From Macrostomum lignano (taxonomy: Eukaryota), in contig NIVC01000746.1 in assembly GCA_002269645.1 (NCBI GenBank), positions 310,001 to 374,000 of the forward strand: a DNA stretch of 64,000 nt, in the 5' to 3' direction. Under the pieces are notes generated by a model. The model saw nothing but the letters and a program-made list of their open reading frames with translations, had not been told where the DNA came from and ran no database searches. Position 1 is the stretch's first letter, and every line of letters starts with the position of its first letter. Below, piece by piece: positions 1 through 12,800 of this stretch. The translations under genes and the position numbers were made by a program.

Positions 1-690
1 CTCTTCTCCCTTCTCTCCTCTAATTCTCTTATCGCCCTCTCTCCTCTAATTCTCTTCTCCCCTCTCTCCTCTAATTCTCTTCTCCCCTCTCTCCTCTAAT
101 TCTCTTCTCCCCTCTATCCTCTAATTCTCTTCTCCCCTCTCTCCTGTAATTCTCTTCTTTCCTTCTCTCCTCTAATTCTCTTCTCCCCTCTCTCCTCTAA
201 TTCTCTTCTCCCCTCTATCCTCTAATTCTCTTCTCCCCTCTCTCCTCTAATTCTCGTCTCCCCTCTCTCCTCTAATTCTCTTCTCCCCTCTATCCTCTAA
301 TTCTCTTCTCCCCTCTCTCCTGTAATTCTCTTCTCCCCTCTATCCTCTAATTCTCTTCTCCCCTCTCTCCTGTAATTCTCTTCTTTCCTTCTCTCCTCTA
401 ATTCTCTTCTCCCCTCTCTCCTGTAATTCTCTTCTTTCCTTCTCTCCTCTAATTCTCTTCTCCCCTCTCTCCTCTAATTCTCTTCTCCCCTCTCTCCTCT
501 AATTCTCTTCTCCCCTCTCTCCTCTAATTCTCTTCTGTCTTTTCTCCGCTTCCATTGCATTTCTCATCTTCTCTCGTCTCATATTTTCTCCTCTCTTCTC
601 TCTTCCCCATTTCCTCTCCCAGTCATGCGCCAGGTTTCCTATCCAGCCTATCTAGAGGTAAAAAAGTTTATCGACCCCTGCGTTAAGTCC
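1..690 (-). mobile_element. hAT-like non-autonomous element carrying a CT/GA-rich ~25-bp tandem array (truncated by window start)
   Basis: 1-538 is an array of ctcttctcccctctctcctctaatt. At ~660-690 the minus strand reads CAGGGGTCGATAAACTTTTTTACCTC, resembling the end of the element at 56455 and typical hAT termini. No TSD testable. Confidence 0.5.
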
Positions 691-977
691 TGCTCAGCTG
701 GTCTTAACCGACAAGCTATGTACAAACCCAAAGTTCTATTCAAGAGTCAGTATGGAAAACTTTCGCATCACACTATTATTAGATTTCCTTTTTGCATTCA
801 TTAAACCCTACTTGTCAGTAGGTGATAGCTTGTTAGCTTGTAAACCCAAGAGTTCGTGTCATCATAAAACAAAAATCCAATTTGGTAACCCAAGTCAGCG
901 GCTCTGATGCTGAAAAATCCCAGACCAAAATATCATTCTTTTGCTTCCTAATTCTGCATCTAGATTCTGTAACTCAC

Positions 978-1421
<444 letters not shown>

Positions 1422-4400
1422 TTAGCCATGCAATAAATTAAATATTTGGTAAAATAAATAGCAAAAAAATATATCTATATTAGATAGTTGATACTAAGCT
1501 ATGTTTAAAAATAGGTTCTAATAATCAGCAAAGTACAGTACTTTAGCATTACAAATGAAATAAATTGAAAAAACAAATACATTTATTTTGAATACTTTTG
1601 AACAAATAAAATAGTATCTAATGCTAAATGATTGCCATTGTGTTAGTAAAATATGACTAGTCTAATTTAAAAAAAAATAATTTAAATGACTTTAATTCTT
1701 ATAAATCTTTAGATCATATATACTACATTTGTATAAAAATAGTGCATAAAACTATTTTCTGAATGTAATACATATTATGATGCATAATTGATAATAGTCT
1801 ATTGCATAAAACAACCTAAAATAACATATGATTGTTATTTATATAGGCGCAATTATTTAACAAAACAAGACAAGACTAGAGATTTAAAGCCTTTTTTGAA
1901 ATTGAATTAAAATTGCTTAATGGCAATGGCAAAATATATTTTTAAAAAATTGATAGCTTTCTATGAATTTTTACATACATTTACCAGTAGTTCATTTAGC
2001 AAATTGATAATATACTCATATATTGTACCATCATGGCATCAAATCAGATGACACTACAAAATTAAAAATTTGCCTATTATACACATGACGTGTGTATAAT
2101 ATATACACAACACAATATACAATATACACATACACAATATACACATGACATATACACATGACTATGGTTTACTTAAACATACATAGAACATGGAATGAGC
2201 ATTGAGTGCATACAATGGATGAACTTTAAAAGCAAATTTTGCTACAAAACTTTGATTAATACTTAAATCATTAGTACAGCAACGCAATGATAAAACTGTT
2301 CCGAATTACAATCAGCACATTCTCACAAGGAATGCCAGACTTAAAAGCCGAAGCTGATAATGATGTGATGCAGAAGGCCAAATCAAATGACTAGGGTAAA
2401 CCAAAGATGATATACAATATAATGTAATATAAGATAAACCGGTTGAAAACTAAAAAGAACGATAGATTTTTACTGCTTTCAAAGAAAGTACTTACTCGTA
2501 ATTCGTGCCCATTTGATTTTTCGCTAAAAAGTGTAGTAAAACACGTAAGATAAAAGCAATGGAATTTATGTCGCTTCATTTATTGCTTACAGATTTTTTT
2601 GGTCTAAATTTTAAGTTAAAAATTAAAATATTTATAGTCAATAGTAATGTATAAATTTTAAATAAACATTATCCAAGAAAACGTTGTGCATACGAAAATT
2701 ACATATCGACGAACCCACGAACCCCCAATGGAATTCCCATGCACGAACCATGGTGATGGACTGCTCGTTGTGCGCAACAAGAAAGTCGGTCGGGGGGGGA
2801 TCCAAGAGGTGAAGACCCAAAGACCGTTCATCTCTTGCCCTTTGTTGCGCCAATGGGTGCACGAGAGACCTGGCGATTGACGGCCACATAAATCCATCTA
2901 CATGGCCTCACCTCTCGATCTCCTCTTCCTCTAGCTGCTAGGGCCTAGATTCTGCTCTACGACTCACACATGCCACCGCCGTCGCCACGCGCATTCTACT
3001 TTCTTTTTGTAACTAGCTGGTAAAATCTTTTTATAGGCTACTCTTTATTAATGCTTAAGTATCCTTTAATTTAATTGAATAATTCATAAATTTGGTTTGC
3101 ATGGGTCATGGGTGCAGTGCACATGCATCTTTATTTGATTTTGGATCATCAGGAGAAGAGATAAAATTTGCATTAATTAAATGCGAATTCTAGAATTCTG
3201 CAAATTCTAGATCTCATTGCATTGAAAATTTTGAATAGGCCTAGGAAGATAGTGGTATAAGGATATCGCAATGTTTCCAAGAAATACAATTATTCGTTTA
3301 TAAGTGAGGTAGGGGCGATTTTGACAATGGGGGTTCCTTGTATAATTTGGGTTCAAATTATCGGCGGCCGCGAATTTGAACTCGGGGTTTCTTCGAAACC
3401 GGTCGTCGTTGTGTTCGCACGAGTTGAAGCCGGAAAACGCGCAGAAGAATCACAACGGAAATTCGCCTCTTGTTTTACTCCGACTGCCGGGGTCCTCAAT
3501 CCCGGGGGGAGGGTAGTCTAGCCGTAGACGAGCGGTCTTCGTTAGGCGCGATCGTTCAGAGAGGGTCCTTAGACACCGTAGTTAACGCACTTCGATTGTT
3601 TAATTGATTACTGTTAGTAAAGTAGCGCTGCCACCACCGTAATTTACGTATTACGGAACGTTGAAGTCTCAGAGCTTTCTTTTAAGATGAGAACTTGGGT
3701 ATTTTACGCCCCACGGGCAAATGACTTAAGATAAGCTACGGCTTTCGATTAGGTATAGTTGAAAACAATTGACGTTAGTTTATTATTCAACGCTGAATAT
3801 TGTAGCGGAGACGACCAAACGACAGGAAATGTTCCGGGGGAGCCGCGGTGCGGAGCTCTAAACAGTCAAATATAAGTCCCTAGACTTTTAAGGGATTTAC
3901 CCTAACTGAGAACAAAGTATTAAATTTATTAAGTTTAAGTTCGCGAAAAAGAGAAGGAGAGGTGAAAAGAAGAAGCAGCAGACGGGTTTAAAGGAGAGAG
4001 AGGGGGCGAGCCAAGCTAAATAACAAAAAAGGAACAGAAAGTGGGCAAAGTGGTCCAGAGAATGGGGACAGAACGTGGACACAAAGGCCCAGAACATGGT
4101 GAGCAAAATTCCGCAGAAAAACACAAAGAAAAAAAACAAAAACAGAAAAAGGGCACGGAAAACCAGAAAGAGGGCAGTTACACCAGAAAAAGGGCAAACG
4201 CGTCATAGATAGCGCCAAGGGGTGGACAGATTGGGCCAGAAACGGGGCGGTGGAAAAGGGGAATGTCCGTAATATGTTATTTGAGGAATTAATTAAAAAA
4301 TTAGTTAGTGGTAGTCCGCTACTACCACATAAGCTTTAATTGAATCTACGTAGTGAGCTGTGAGAATGGGATTTATAATTTGTGCGCGTGTAACTTACTT

Positions 4401-4679
4401 ATAATAAGTAAAATAATTCTAACTCGACTAATTGCTTTTGAGCTTTGAAGCTTTAAGACGGTTAAGAGATAGTATGGCGTCATGCCATATCATGAGTCAT
4501 GACGAAAATGCATTGAATTCGTTCAATTGCGTAGTTTATTAAATATAAACATAAATATTCATAAATTACTCGTTTAAGTCATTACTACTAAGAAATGATC
4601 CCGATATCTTAATCACTGTTATCTCAAATATCTCAAATATCAAATTAATGACAACAACTGACATATTTACACTTATTAA

Positions 4680-4790
4680 AACTTTACTATTCGTTGGCAG
4701 ACGAAACGACTGTATCGTATTTTTGCAGACGAAAGGGTGGCAGACGAACTGGCGGCAGACGAAACGACCGTCAACCGTGCAGGCCACCCT
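4680..4790. repeat. Short dispersed GCAGACGAA motif cluster (probable MITE subterminal repeats)
   Basis: About five copies of gcagacgaa within ~110 bp. Confidence 0.45.
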
Positions 4791-5091
4791 AAAAGTCTCT
4801 TTCCACTTTAAAGGGGTTGTATGCCTTTATGTGGGGTGGGGTTTAATTACATTAATAAAAGTATTCAATTCAAGTAGCTTAGTTATACCATAATGTCTCA
4901 GACTTATTCTACCTGTTTGTAGCCTGCTTATTTGCTTATCTACTTATTTTTTAAACAAACGTTAAAAAATACAATATTAAATATAATTATATAATTAATC
5001 GGAAAAACCATATAAGCATATTCTATGTATGTTTGAGTTATTATTACTCATTTATATAAGGTTCTAGTTAGTGGCTAGCTAGACCCTGATA

Positions 5092-5245
5092 CATACATGA
5101 ACATGCGCAACTTCCAAAATTTGGTTGGCTATGCAAATTAGTTTTAACAATAATGTAACATAGTTTTTGGCCAAAAATGCAACTTACATGTAAAAAAACC
5201 TAAATCAAAATTAACACAACTTTGGGTAAATGGCAGGAATAACTA
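5092..5245. mobile_element. Partial copy of the CATACATGCGCAAC MITE family
   Basis: ~150-bp imperfect inverted copy of 6437-6587, including the TIR-like catgcgcaac end. Confidence 0.65.
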
Positions 5246-6288
5246 TGACTGTCTTATTAAGCCAAAATGCCTGATCAGCTACTGTAGTACTGACCTCAGT
5301 GTTTCGCTAAAAAGATGGTAAAGCAAAAAACAGTGCATTATGAAGAAGTCTGTTTTGGAAAAAGTGCAAGATTTGTTTTTTCTATGTTAACTTAAATGGA
5401 TTAACGCTTATTAATGATTATCAGTTAACTTTTAGTTAACTTAACAAAATTAAGAGTTAATAAATTAAGATTTTTTTGTTTTAAAGCTAATGCTTTTGCC
5501 ATTAACATAAGTTAAGATTTTCATTAATAGTGCGCAACACTGGCCATATGGAAAATTTTCAGTCATTTCAAAACACAACGTGATACTTATCATTTTTAAA
5601 GCAAGTATTGTATGTAATTTGAAAAAGGGCATAGTTAATTTAACTAAAAAGCAAATAAATGTTTTAGGTTGCAAATAAGAGAGCATTTCTATAAACATTG
5701 TTTATCTATTGTTTCACATAAAATTCAAAACACAAAAAGCAATAGTTGCAATGCAAAAATGGTCCTTTATTATCATAGTGTCCCAATTTGCAACCCCCTA
5801 GCCCTAGTCTATTGGCACATACTCAGGGTGCATTTGATCCAACTCTCCCATATGCAACATACAAAGCAAAAAAATTCTCATATACATGGTGCATACTTGG
5901 GACTATAAGGCATAATTCGTAGTTATGAATTCCTAATTTGTAGGACTCGTAGTTATAGATAGGGGTAATTGGTATATAAAATTTGTACCAATTGGAAGGT
6001 CAAATATTTGAAAAAAGATATTTTTAATGCTTTTAATGGATGTTCCATATGAATTTAGAATTTGAATGCCTACACTACTATAAAGCTATGAAAGGCTTAG
6101 TGTGCTTATATAAAATTTCAAATTAGGCCTATGAAATGATTTGAAAGTGGATCAAATATTGATCATAAATAATTTAATTTCTTAATCTAATACACTTTTT
6201 TTGTATTCACTATTCTATTTCAATAAAACTACATTCAATTTCATCAAATAGGCTTCATTTTTGGCATCAGTTTAGATGTGTGGCCATA

Positions 6289-6587
6289 CATACATGCGCA
6301 ACAGTCGGCCGAGTCGGCCGATCCGGCCGACCGATTTGGCGGCCAACCAAGGAAGTCGCAAAAATGCCCACCCGAAAAAATAACCAAATAGTAGTACTAA
6401 GTAGCTGACGAGGCATTTTGGATTAATAACACAGTTATAGTTACTCCTGCCGTTTACCTAAAGTTGCGTTAATTTTGCTTTAGGGTTTTTTTTACATGTA
6501 AGTCGCATTTTTGGCCAAAAACTACGTCGCATTTTTGTTAAAACTAAGTCGCATGGCCGACCGAATTTTGGAGGTTGCGCATGTATG
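6289..6587. mobile_element. MITE with CAT...ATG termini and 8-bp TSD (hAT or P superfamily)
   Basis: TIR CATACATGCGCAAC / GTTGCGCATGTATG; direct repeat TGGCCATA at 6281-6288 and 6588-6595. Confidence 0.8.
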
Positions 6588-6884
6588 TGGCCATAGCTGA
6601 TGCTGAAAATAAAAGCCAGTTTGCTGAAATTGAATGTGGTTTTATTGAAATAGAATGCAAAAATGTGTAGTATAACTAATAAATGCATTTTTTGTAGTAT
6701 TAAAGTATTTTGTCTTACAATTAGTTGCAGTTAATATATTTAAGCTATTGTATTTAAATGTTGAACTATATCATCATTTAATTTGTTCATTTTATTATAA
6801 TAAATTATTTGTACTTAATTTTGCAGGCTTACATATCAACTAAACTTAATATAGCAAGCAATTGCCTAAAAATCTACTTTGAAA

Positions 6885-9800
6885 ATGTGGCCTTTTGCTA
6901 GACAGCTCTTCTTGTCATCTTGCTTATCTAGAAGCAGATTGTACAGTTCTGCAACACAGGCAAAGTCGTCATTGCCTCCAACAGTTGCCATTGTTGGCAG
7001 TGGCCCAGCCTCTTTCTATGTGGCACAACAGCTGTTAAAGCTGCATCCCAGCATGCAGGTATGACTGCTGGTTTATTGCTTTTTTTGTAGGTAGTTTTTT
7101 AGACATTTCTTATTCCTATTCCAATTTTAGTTTTATTTATTGTAAGAATAATCATCTCAAAGTCTGATCATCCTGTTATGCAGTCTGATAATCTTAATCT
7201 AGGTCTTAGAATTGTGCTCCCTACTCTAACAATCCTGGACCCCATCCTGATAATCCTAATCTAAATACAAGAATCATGATCCCTACTCTAATAATCCTGA
7301 TCCCCACCCCGATAATCCTAATCCCCAACCCAATAATCCTAATCCCCACCTCAATAATCCTAATCCCCAATCCAAAAATCCTGATCCTCACCACCTAATA
7401 ATCCTAATCCCCACCTCAATAATCCTGATCCCCACCTCAAAAATCCTGATCCCTGCCCCAATATTCCTAATCCCCATCTCAATAATCATGATCTCCACCT
7501 CAATAATCATGATCTCCACCCCAATAATCCTGATCCCCACCTCAATAATCCTGATCCCCACCCCAATAATCCTAATCCCCACCCCAATAATCCCGATCCC
7601 CATCTCAATAATCCTAATCCCCACCTCAAAAATCCTAATCTAAATACAATAATCATGATCCCTACTCTAATAATCTTGATCCGCGATTTTGGTTCCAGAA
7701 ATGCGTAAAAAATGCCCACACCAAGCCCCATTCTCCAAACCGCATTTCAAGGTAGACCTGCTCGAACGCCTGCCAGTGCCATTCGGCCTCGTTCGCTACG
7801 GCGTCGCACCCGACCATCCGGACGTTAAAAACGTGATCACGGGGTTCACCAAGATCGCCCGTGATCCTCGATTAGCCTTCTTCGGCAATGTCAGCGTCGG
7901 CACCGACGTCCGCCTGCGGCACCTGCTGGACGCGTACACCGCCGTGGTGCTCGCATACGGAGCCTCGCGGGCCAAGCGCCTCGGCATTCCCGGCGAGGAT
8001 AGCCTGGACAATGTGCTGTCCGCTAGGTGAGGCGTCAGTCACTACTTTGTTTGCATTTCTACTAAAAGTAGTATCAAGAAAAGACTTAATACTACTTAAA
8101 GTTTTGTGACGCTAAAGTTTCAAGTCAAGGGGGGCCGTAGCCCAGCGGTAGCGCAGCTGCTCTGGTGTGCCGCGACCCAGGCTCGATTCCAAGTGCAGCC
8201 ACATTAATTTGGGGCTGAATTGGAATCTTGGCTTGGCTCGCTTGTGCAATTAACGGCCTTGAGAGCCAACCCCCCAAGGCGCAGTGAAGTGTACATGCCT
8301 AATAATTGATAAAGTTAGGGCCGCTGTACACTCCTGTGTGAGTGTGTGCCTGCGTAACGTATCCGCGCGCTTGTATGCCTGCTCAGGGGAGTCGGCGGAA
8401 TGGGTAGTAATGCCTCTCGCCGGTTGTGCGCCAATGACGCTTAAATTGCGCCAGGGTGCACGCAGCCCCCCTGCCTCTAATAAAAAAAAGTTTCAAGTCA
8501 ACCACAGATTCTAGAATAACTAGATGGGCCACTCAGGCATATATACTTGGTAAAACAGCTTTCTACTTTCAGTTCAGTAGCAAAGAAGAATCCAATATAC
8601 TAAAAATGAAAATCTTGCTTGCTTGTAATCGATTAGAGAAAAAATGGCTCAACCGATTTTCTTCAAACTTGCACCATTCGATCAGAAATTTTCCTGGGAC
8701 GGTACATGCATCTTGGCTAAGAAATTGCTCAATGTTAAAGGGATTAAATATTCGAAAAACATGCTTTTTTGCAAAGGTCAAGCCAAATTTTCGACTTAAA
8801 ATGCATTGTAAGAATGCTAGAGAAAAAACTGACTGACTGAATTCCAATTCTGATAAAGATTGCATCACAACAAGTTGAAAACAGTGCCGAAGAAATGCAC
8901 ACACGACATGATTTAAATTGCGTAACCATATTGCTAACTTAAATTGAGACTGATACTGGCTGACTGAGAAATTGATTATGTCATAACTTTTTACTCCAAT
9001 TGACTTGCTGAAAGAATTGAATTATAAGGGCCACAATTTATGTTCTCCAATTAAAAAGAGATAGCCCTGATGCAAACAGACTGGAATGCTAATGTAGCGA
9101 CCTGGGTTCGAATCTTAGTAGTGCAAAAAGATTTTTTTTATTAAAACACCTTAAAAACACAACAAAACTGCTAAACATCAAAGAAGCGCAATGTCAAACA
9201 TAGAAGAGCCAACATATCGAACATAAAAGAGTTACCATGTCAAACATAGAAGAGCCACCATGTCAAACATAAAAGACCCACCATGTCAAACATAAAAGAC
9301 CCACTATGTCAAACATAAAAGAGCCACCATTTCCAACATTAAAGAGCCACCATTTCGAACATTAAAGAGCCACCATTTTGAACATTAAAGAGCCACTATG
9401 TCAAACAATTAGGAGCCAACATGCCAAACATTAAAGAGCCACCATGTCGAACATTAAAGAGCCACCATTTTGAACATTAAAGAGCCACCATGTCGAACAT
9501 TAAAGAGCCACCATGTCGAACATTAAAGAGCCAACATGTCAGACATAAAAAAGCCACCGTATCAAACATAAGAGTTACCATGTAGAACAAAAAAGATCCA
9601 CCATGTTGAACATTCAAGAGGCACCATGTCAAACATATATGTGACTTTATGTCAAACATTAAAGAGCCACCATGTCAAACATTAAAGAGCCACATTGTCA
9701 AACATTAAAGAGCCACTATGTCTACCATAAAAGAGCTATACCATGAAGAACATTAAAGAGCCACCATGTCAAACATAAAAGAGCCACCATGTAGAATATT

Positions 9801-12800
9801 AAAGAGCCACCATGTGAAACATTAAAGAGCCACCATGTCGAACATAAAAGAGCCACCATGTCAAACATTTAAGAGCCACCATGTCAAACATTTAAGAGCC
9901 ACCATGTCAAACATATATGTGACTTTATGTCAAACATTAAAGAGCCACCATGTCGAACGTTAAAGTGCCACTATGTGTAACATAAAAGAGCTACATCATG
10001 AAGAACATTAAAGAGCCACCATGTTAAACATTAAAGAGCCACCATGTGAAACATTAAAGAGCCACCATGTGAAACATTAAAGAGCCACCATGTCAAACAT
10101 AAAAGAGCCACCATATCGAACATTAAAGAGCCACCATGTCAAACATTAAAGAGCCATTATGTCAAATCTAAAGGAGCCACCATGTCGAACATTAAAGAGC
10201 CACCATGTCAAACATAAATCTGGCATGATGTCAAACATTAAAGTGCCACCATATCGAACATTAAAGAGCCACCATGTCTAACAGTAAAGAGCCACCAAGT
10301 CGAACATTAAAGGGCCACCATGTAGAACATTAAAGAGCCACCATGTCGAACATTAAAGAGCCACCATGTCAAACATTAAATAACCACCATGTCGAACATT
10401 AAAGAACCACCATGTCAAACATTAAAGAGCCACCATGTAAAACATTAAAGAGCCACCATGTCAAACATGTATGTGACTTTATGTCAAACATTAAAGAGCC
10501 ACCATGTAAAACATTAAAGAGCCACCATGTCAAACATGTATGTGACTTTATGTCAAACATTAAAGAGCCACCATTTCGAACATTAAAGAGCCACCATGTC
10601 AAACATTAAAGAGCCACCATGTCGAACAGTAAAAAGCCACCATGTCGCTTGCTATCTGGGGGTGCTTGCTATCTGGGAGCGCCTGCTATCTGGGGGTGCT
10701 TGCTATCTGGTGGTGCTTGCTATCTGGGGGTGCTTGCTATCTGGAAGTGCTTGCTATCTGGGGTGCTTGCTATCTGGAAGTGCTTGCTATCTGGGGGTGC
10801 CTGCTATCTGGGGTGCCTGCTATCTGGGGGTGCTTGCTATCTGGGGGTGCTTGCTATCTGGGGGTGCCTGCTATCTGGATGTGCCTGCTATCTGGGGGTG
10901 CCTGCTATCTGGGGGGTGCTTGCTAACTGGGGGTGCCTGCTATCTGGGGGGGTGCTTGCTATCTGGAGGTGCTTGCTATCTGAGGGGATGCTTGCTGTCT
11001 TAGGATGTTTTCTTTTTGCATTGCACTTCATCTGAGCAGTTTTTCTATTGACTATGTGAAGGCTTTGTTTGGTTATCTTATTGATACTTGTAGAGAACAG
11101 AGATTCTATCTAGATGTCCCCCATCGGGGGGCGAAGATTGCTAGTTAATGACTAAAATTCATGAGAGCTAGCCTAGAGGTAAACAGACTAAACTGCTAAA
11201 TGCAGGGACGATGGTTCGAATTTTTAGAGAGTAGAGTTTTTTTAATTAAAGCTTTTTAACGCCAAGACAAAAAAAATATGGAAGCGTCATGTAAACAATC
11301 ATACAAGCGTCATGTAAACAATCATAGAAGCGTCATGTAAAAATCATAGAAGCGTCATGTAAAAATCATAGAAGCGTCATGTAAAAATCATAGAAGCGTC
11401 ATGTAAAAATCATAGAAGCGTCATGTAAAAATCATAGAAGCGTCATGTAAACAATCATAGAAGCGTCATTTAAAATCATAAAAGCGTCATGTAAACAATC
11501 ATACAAGCGTCATGTAAACAATCATAGAAGCGTCATGTAAAAAAATCATAGAAGCGTCATGTTAAAATCATAAAAGCGTCATAAAAAAATCATAGAAGCG
11601 TCATGTTAAAATCATAAAAGCGTCATGTAAACAATCATACAAGCGTCATGTAAACAATCATAGAAGCGTCATGTAAAAAAATCATAGAAGCGTCATGTTA
11701 AAATCATAAAAGCGTCATAAAAAATCATAGAAGCGTCATGCAAACAATCATAGAAGCGTCATGTTAAAATCATACAAGCGTCATGTAAACAATCATACAA
11801 GCGTCATGTAAACAATCATAGAAGCGTCATGTAAAAAATCATAGAAGCGTCATGTTAAAATCATAAAAGCGTCATAAAAAATCATAAAAGCGTCATGTAA
11901 ACAATCATAGAAGCGTCATGTAAACAATCATAGAAGCGTCATGTAAAAAATCATAGAAGCGTCATGTAAAAATCATAGAAGCGTCATGTAAAAATCATAG
12001 AAGCGTCATGAAAAAATCATAGAAGCGTCATGTAAAAATCATAGAAGCGTCATGTAAAAATCATAGAAGCGTCATGTAAAAAATCATAGAAGCGTCATGT
12101 AAACAATCATACAAGCGTCATGTAAACAATCATAGAAGCGTCATGTAAACAATCATAAAAGCGTCATGTAAACAAGCATAGAAGCGTCATGTTAACATAG
12201 AAGCGTCATGAAAAAATCATAGAAGCCTCATATAAAAACTAATGAAAGTGTGTCATTTAAAAAATTAAGAAGCATCATGGAAGAATAAAAGAAGCGTAAC
12301 GTAAAAATCATAGAAGCGTCATGAAAAAATCATAGAAGCGTCATGTAAAAATCATAGAAGCGTCATGTAAAAATCATAGAAGCGTCATGTAAAAAATCAT
12401 AGAAGCGTCATGTAAACAATCATACAAGCGTCATGTAAACAATCATAGAAGCGTCATGTAAACAATCATAAAAGCGTCATGTAAACAAGCATAGAAGCGT
12501 CATGTTAACATAGAAGCGTCATGAAAAAATCATAGAAGCCTCATATAAAAACTAATGAAAGTGTGTCATTTAAAAAATTAAGAAGCATCATGGAAGAATA
12601 AAAGAAGCGTAACGTAAAAATCAAAAGAAGCGTCATGTCAGACATGAAACAAGTGTCATAAAAATTAAATGAAGCTATAGTGCTGTGCTGGGGAGAATCA
12701 CTGAGACGTCAAGGCTCACAGAGAATAACTGAGATTACAGGGGGGTTTCTGAGATGTTAAAGCAAAAGTCAGAAGCTACTTCAAAGTACATGTACTTTAC

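Noticed and set aside
2075-2101. 11-bp-stem hairpin tattatacaca-tgacg-tgtgtataata
   Set aside because: AT-rich and next to TA/CA low-complexity sequence; plausible by chance.
2638-3000. GC-richer island with short ORFs on both strands
   Set aside because: No recognisable motif or convincing splice partners; likely TE debris.
8129-8200. tRNA gene call for the SINE heads and Helitron cassettes
   Set aside because: A/B boxes are present but I could not fold a full cloverleaf; copies sit within repeats with TSD or poly(A) features.
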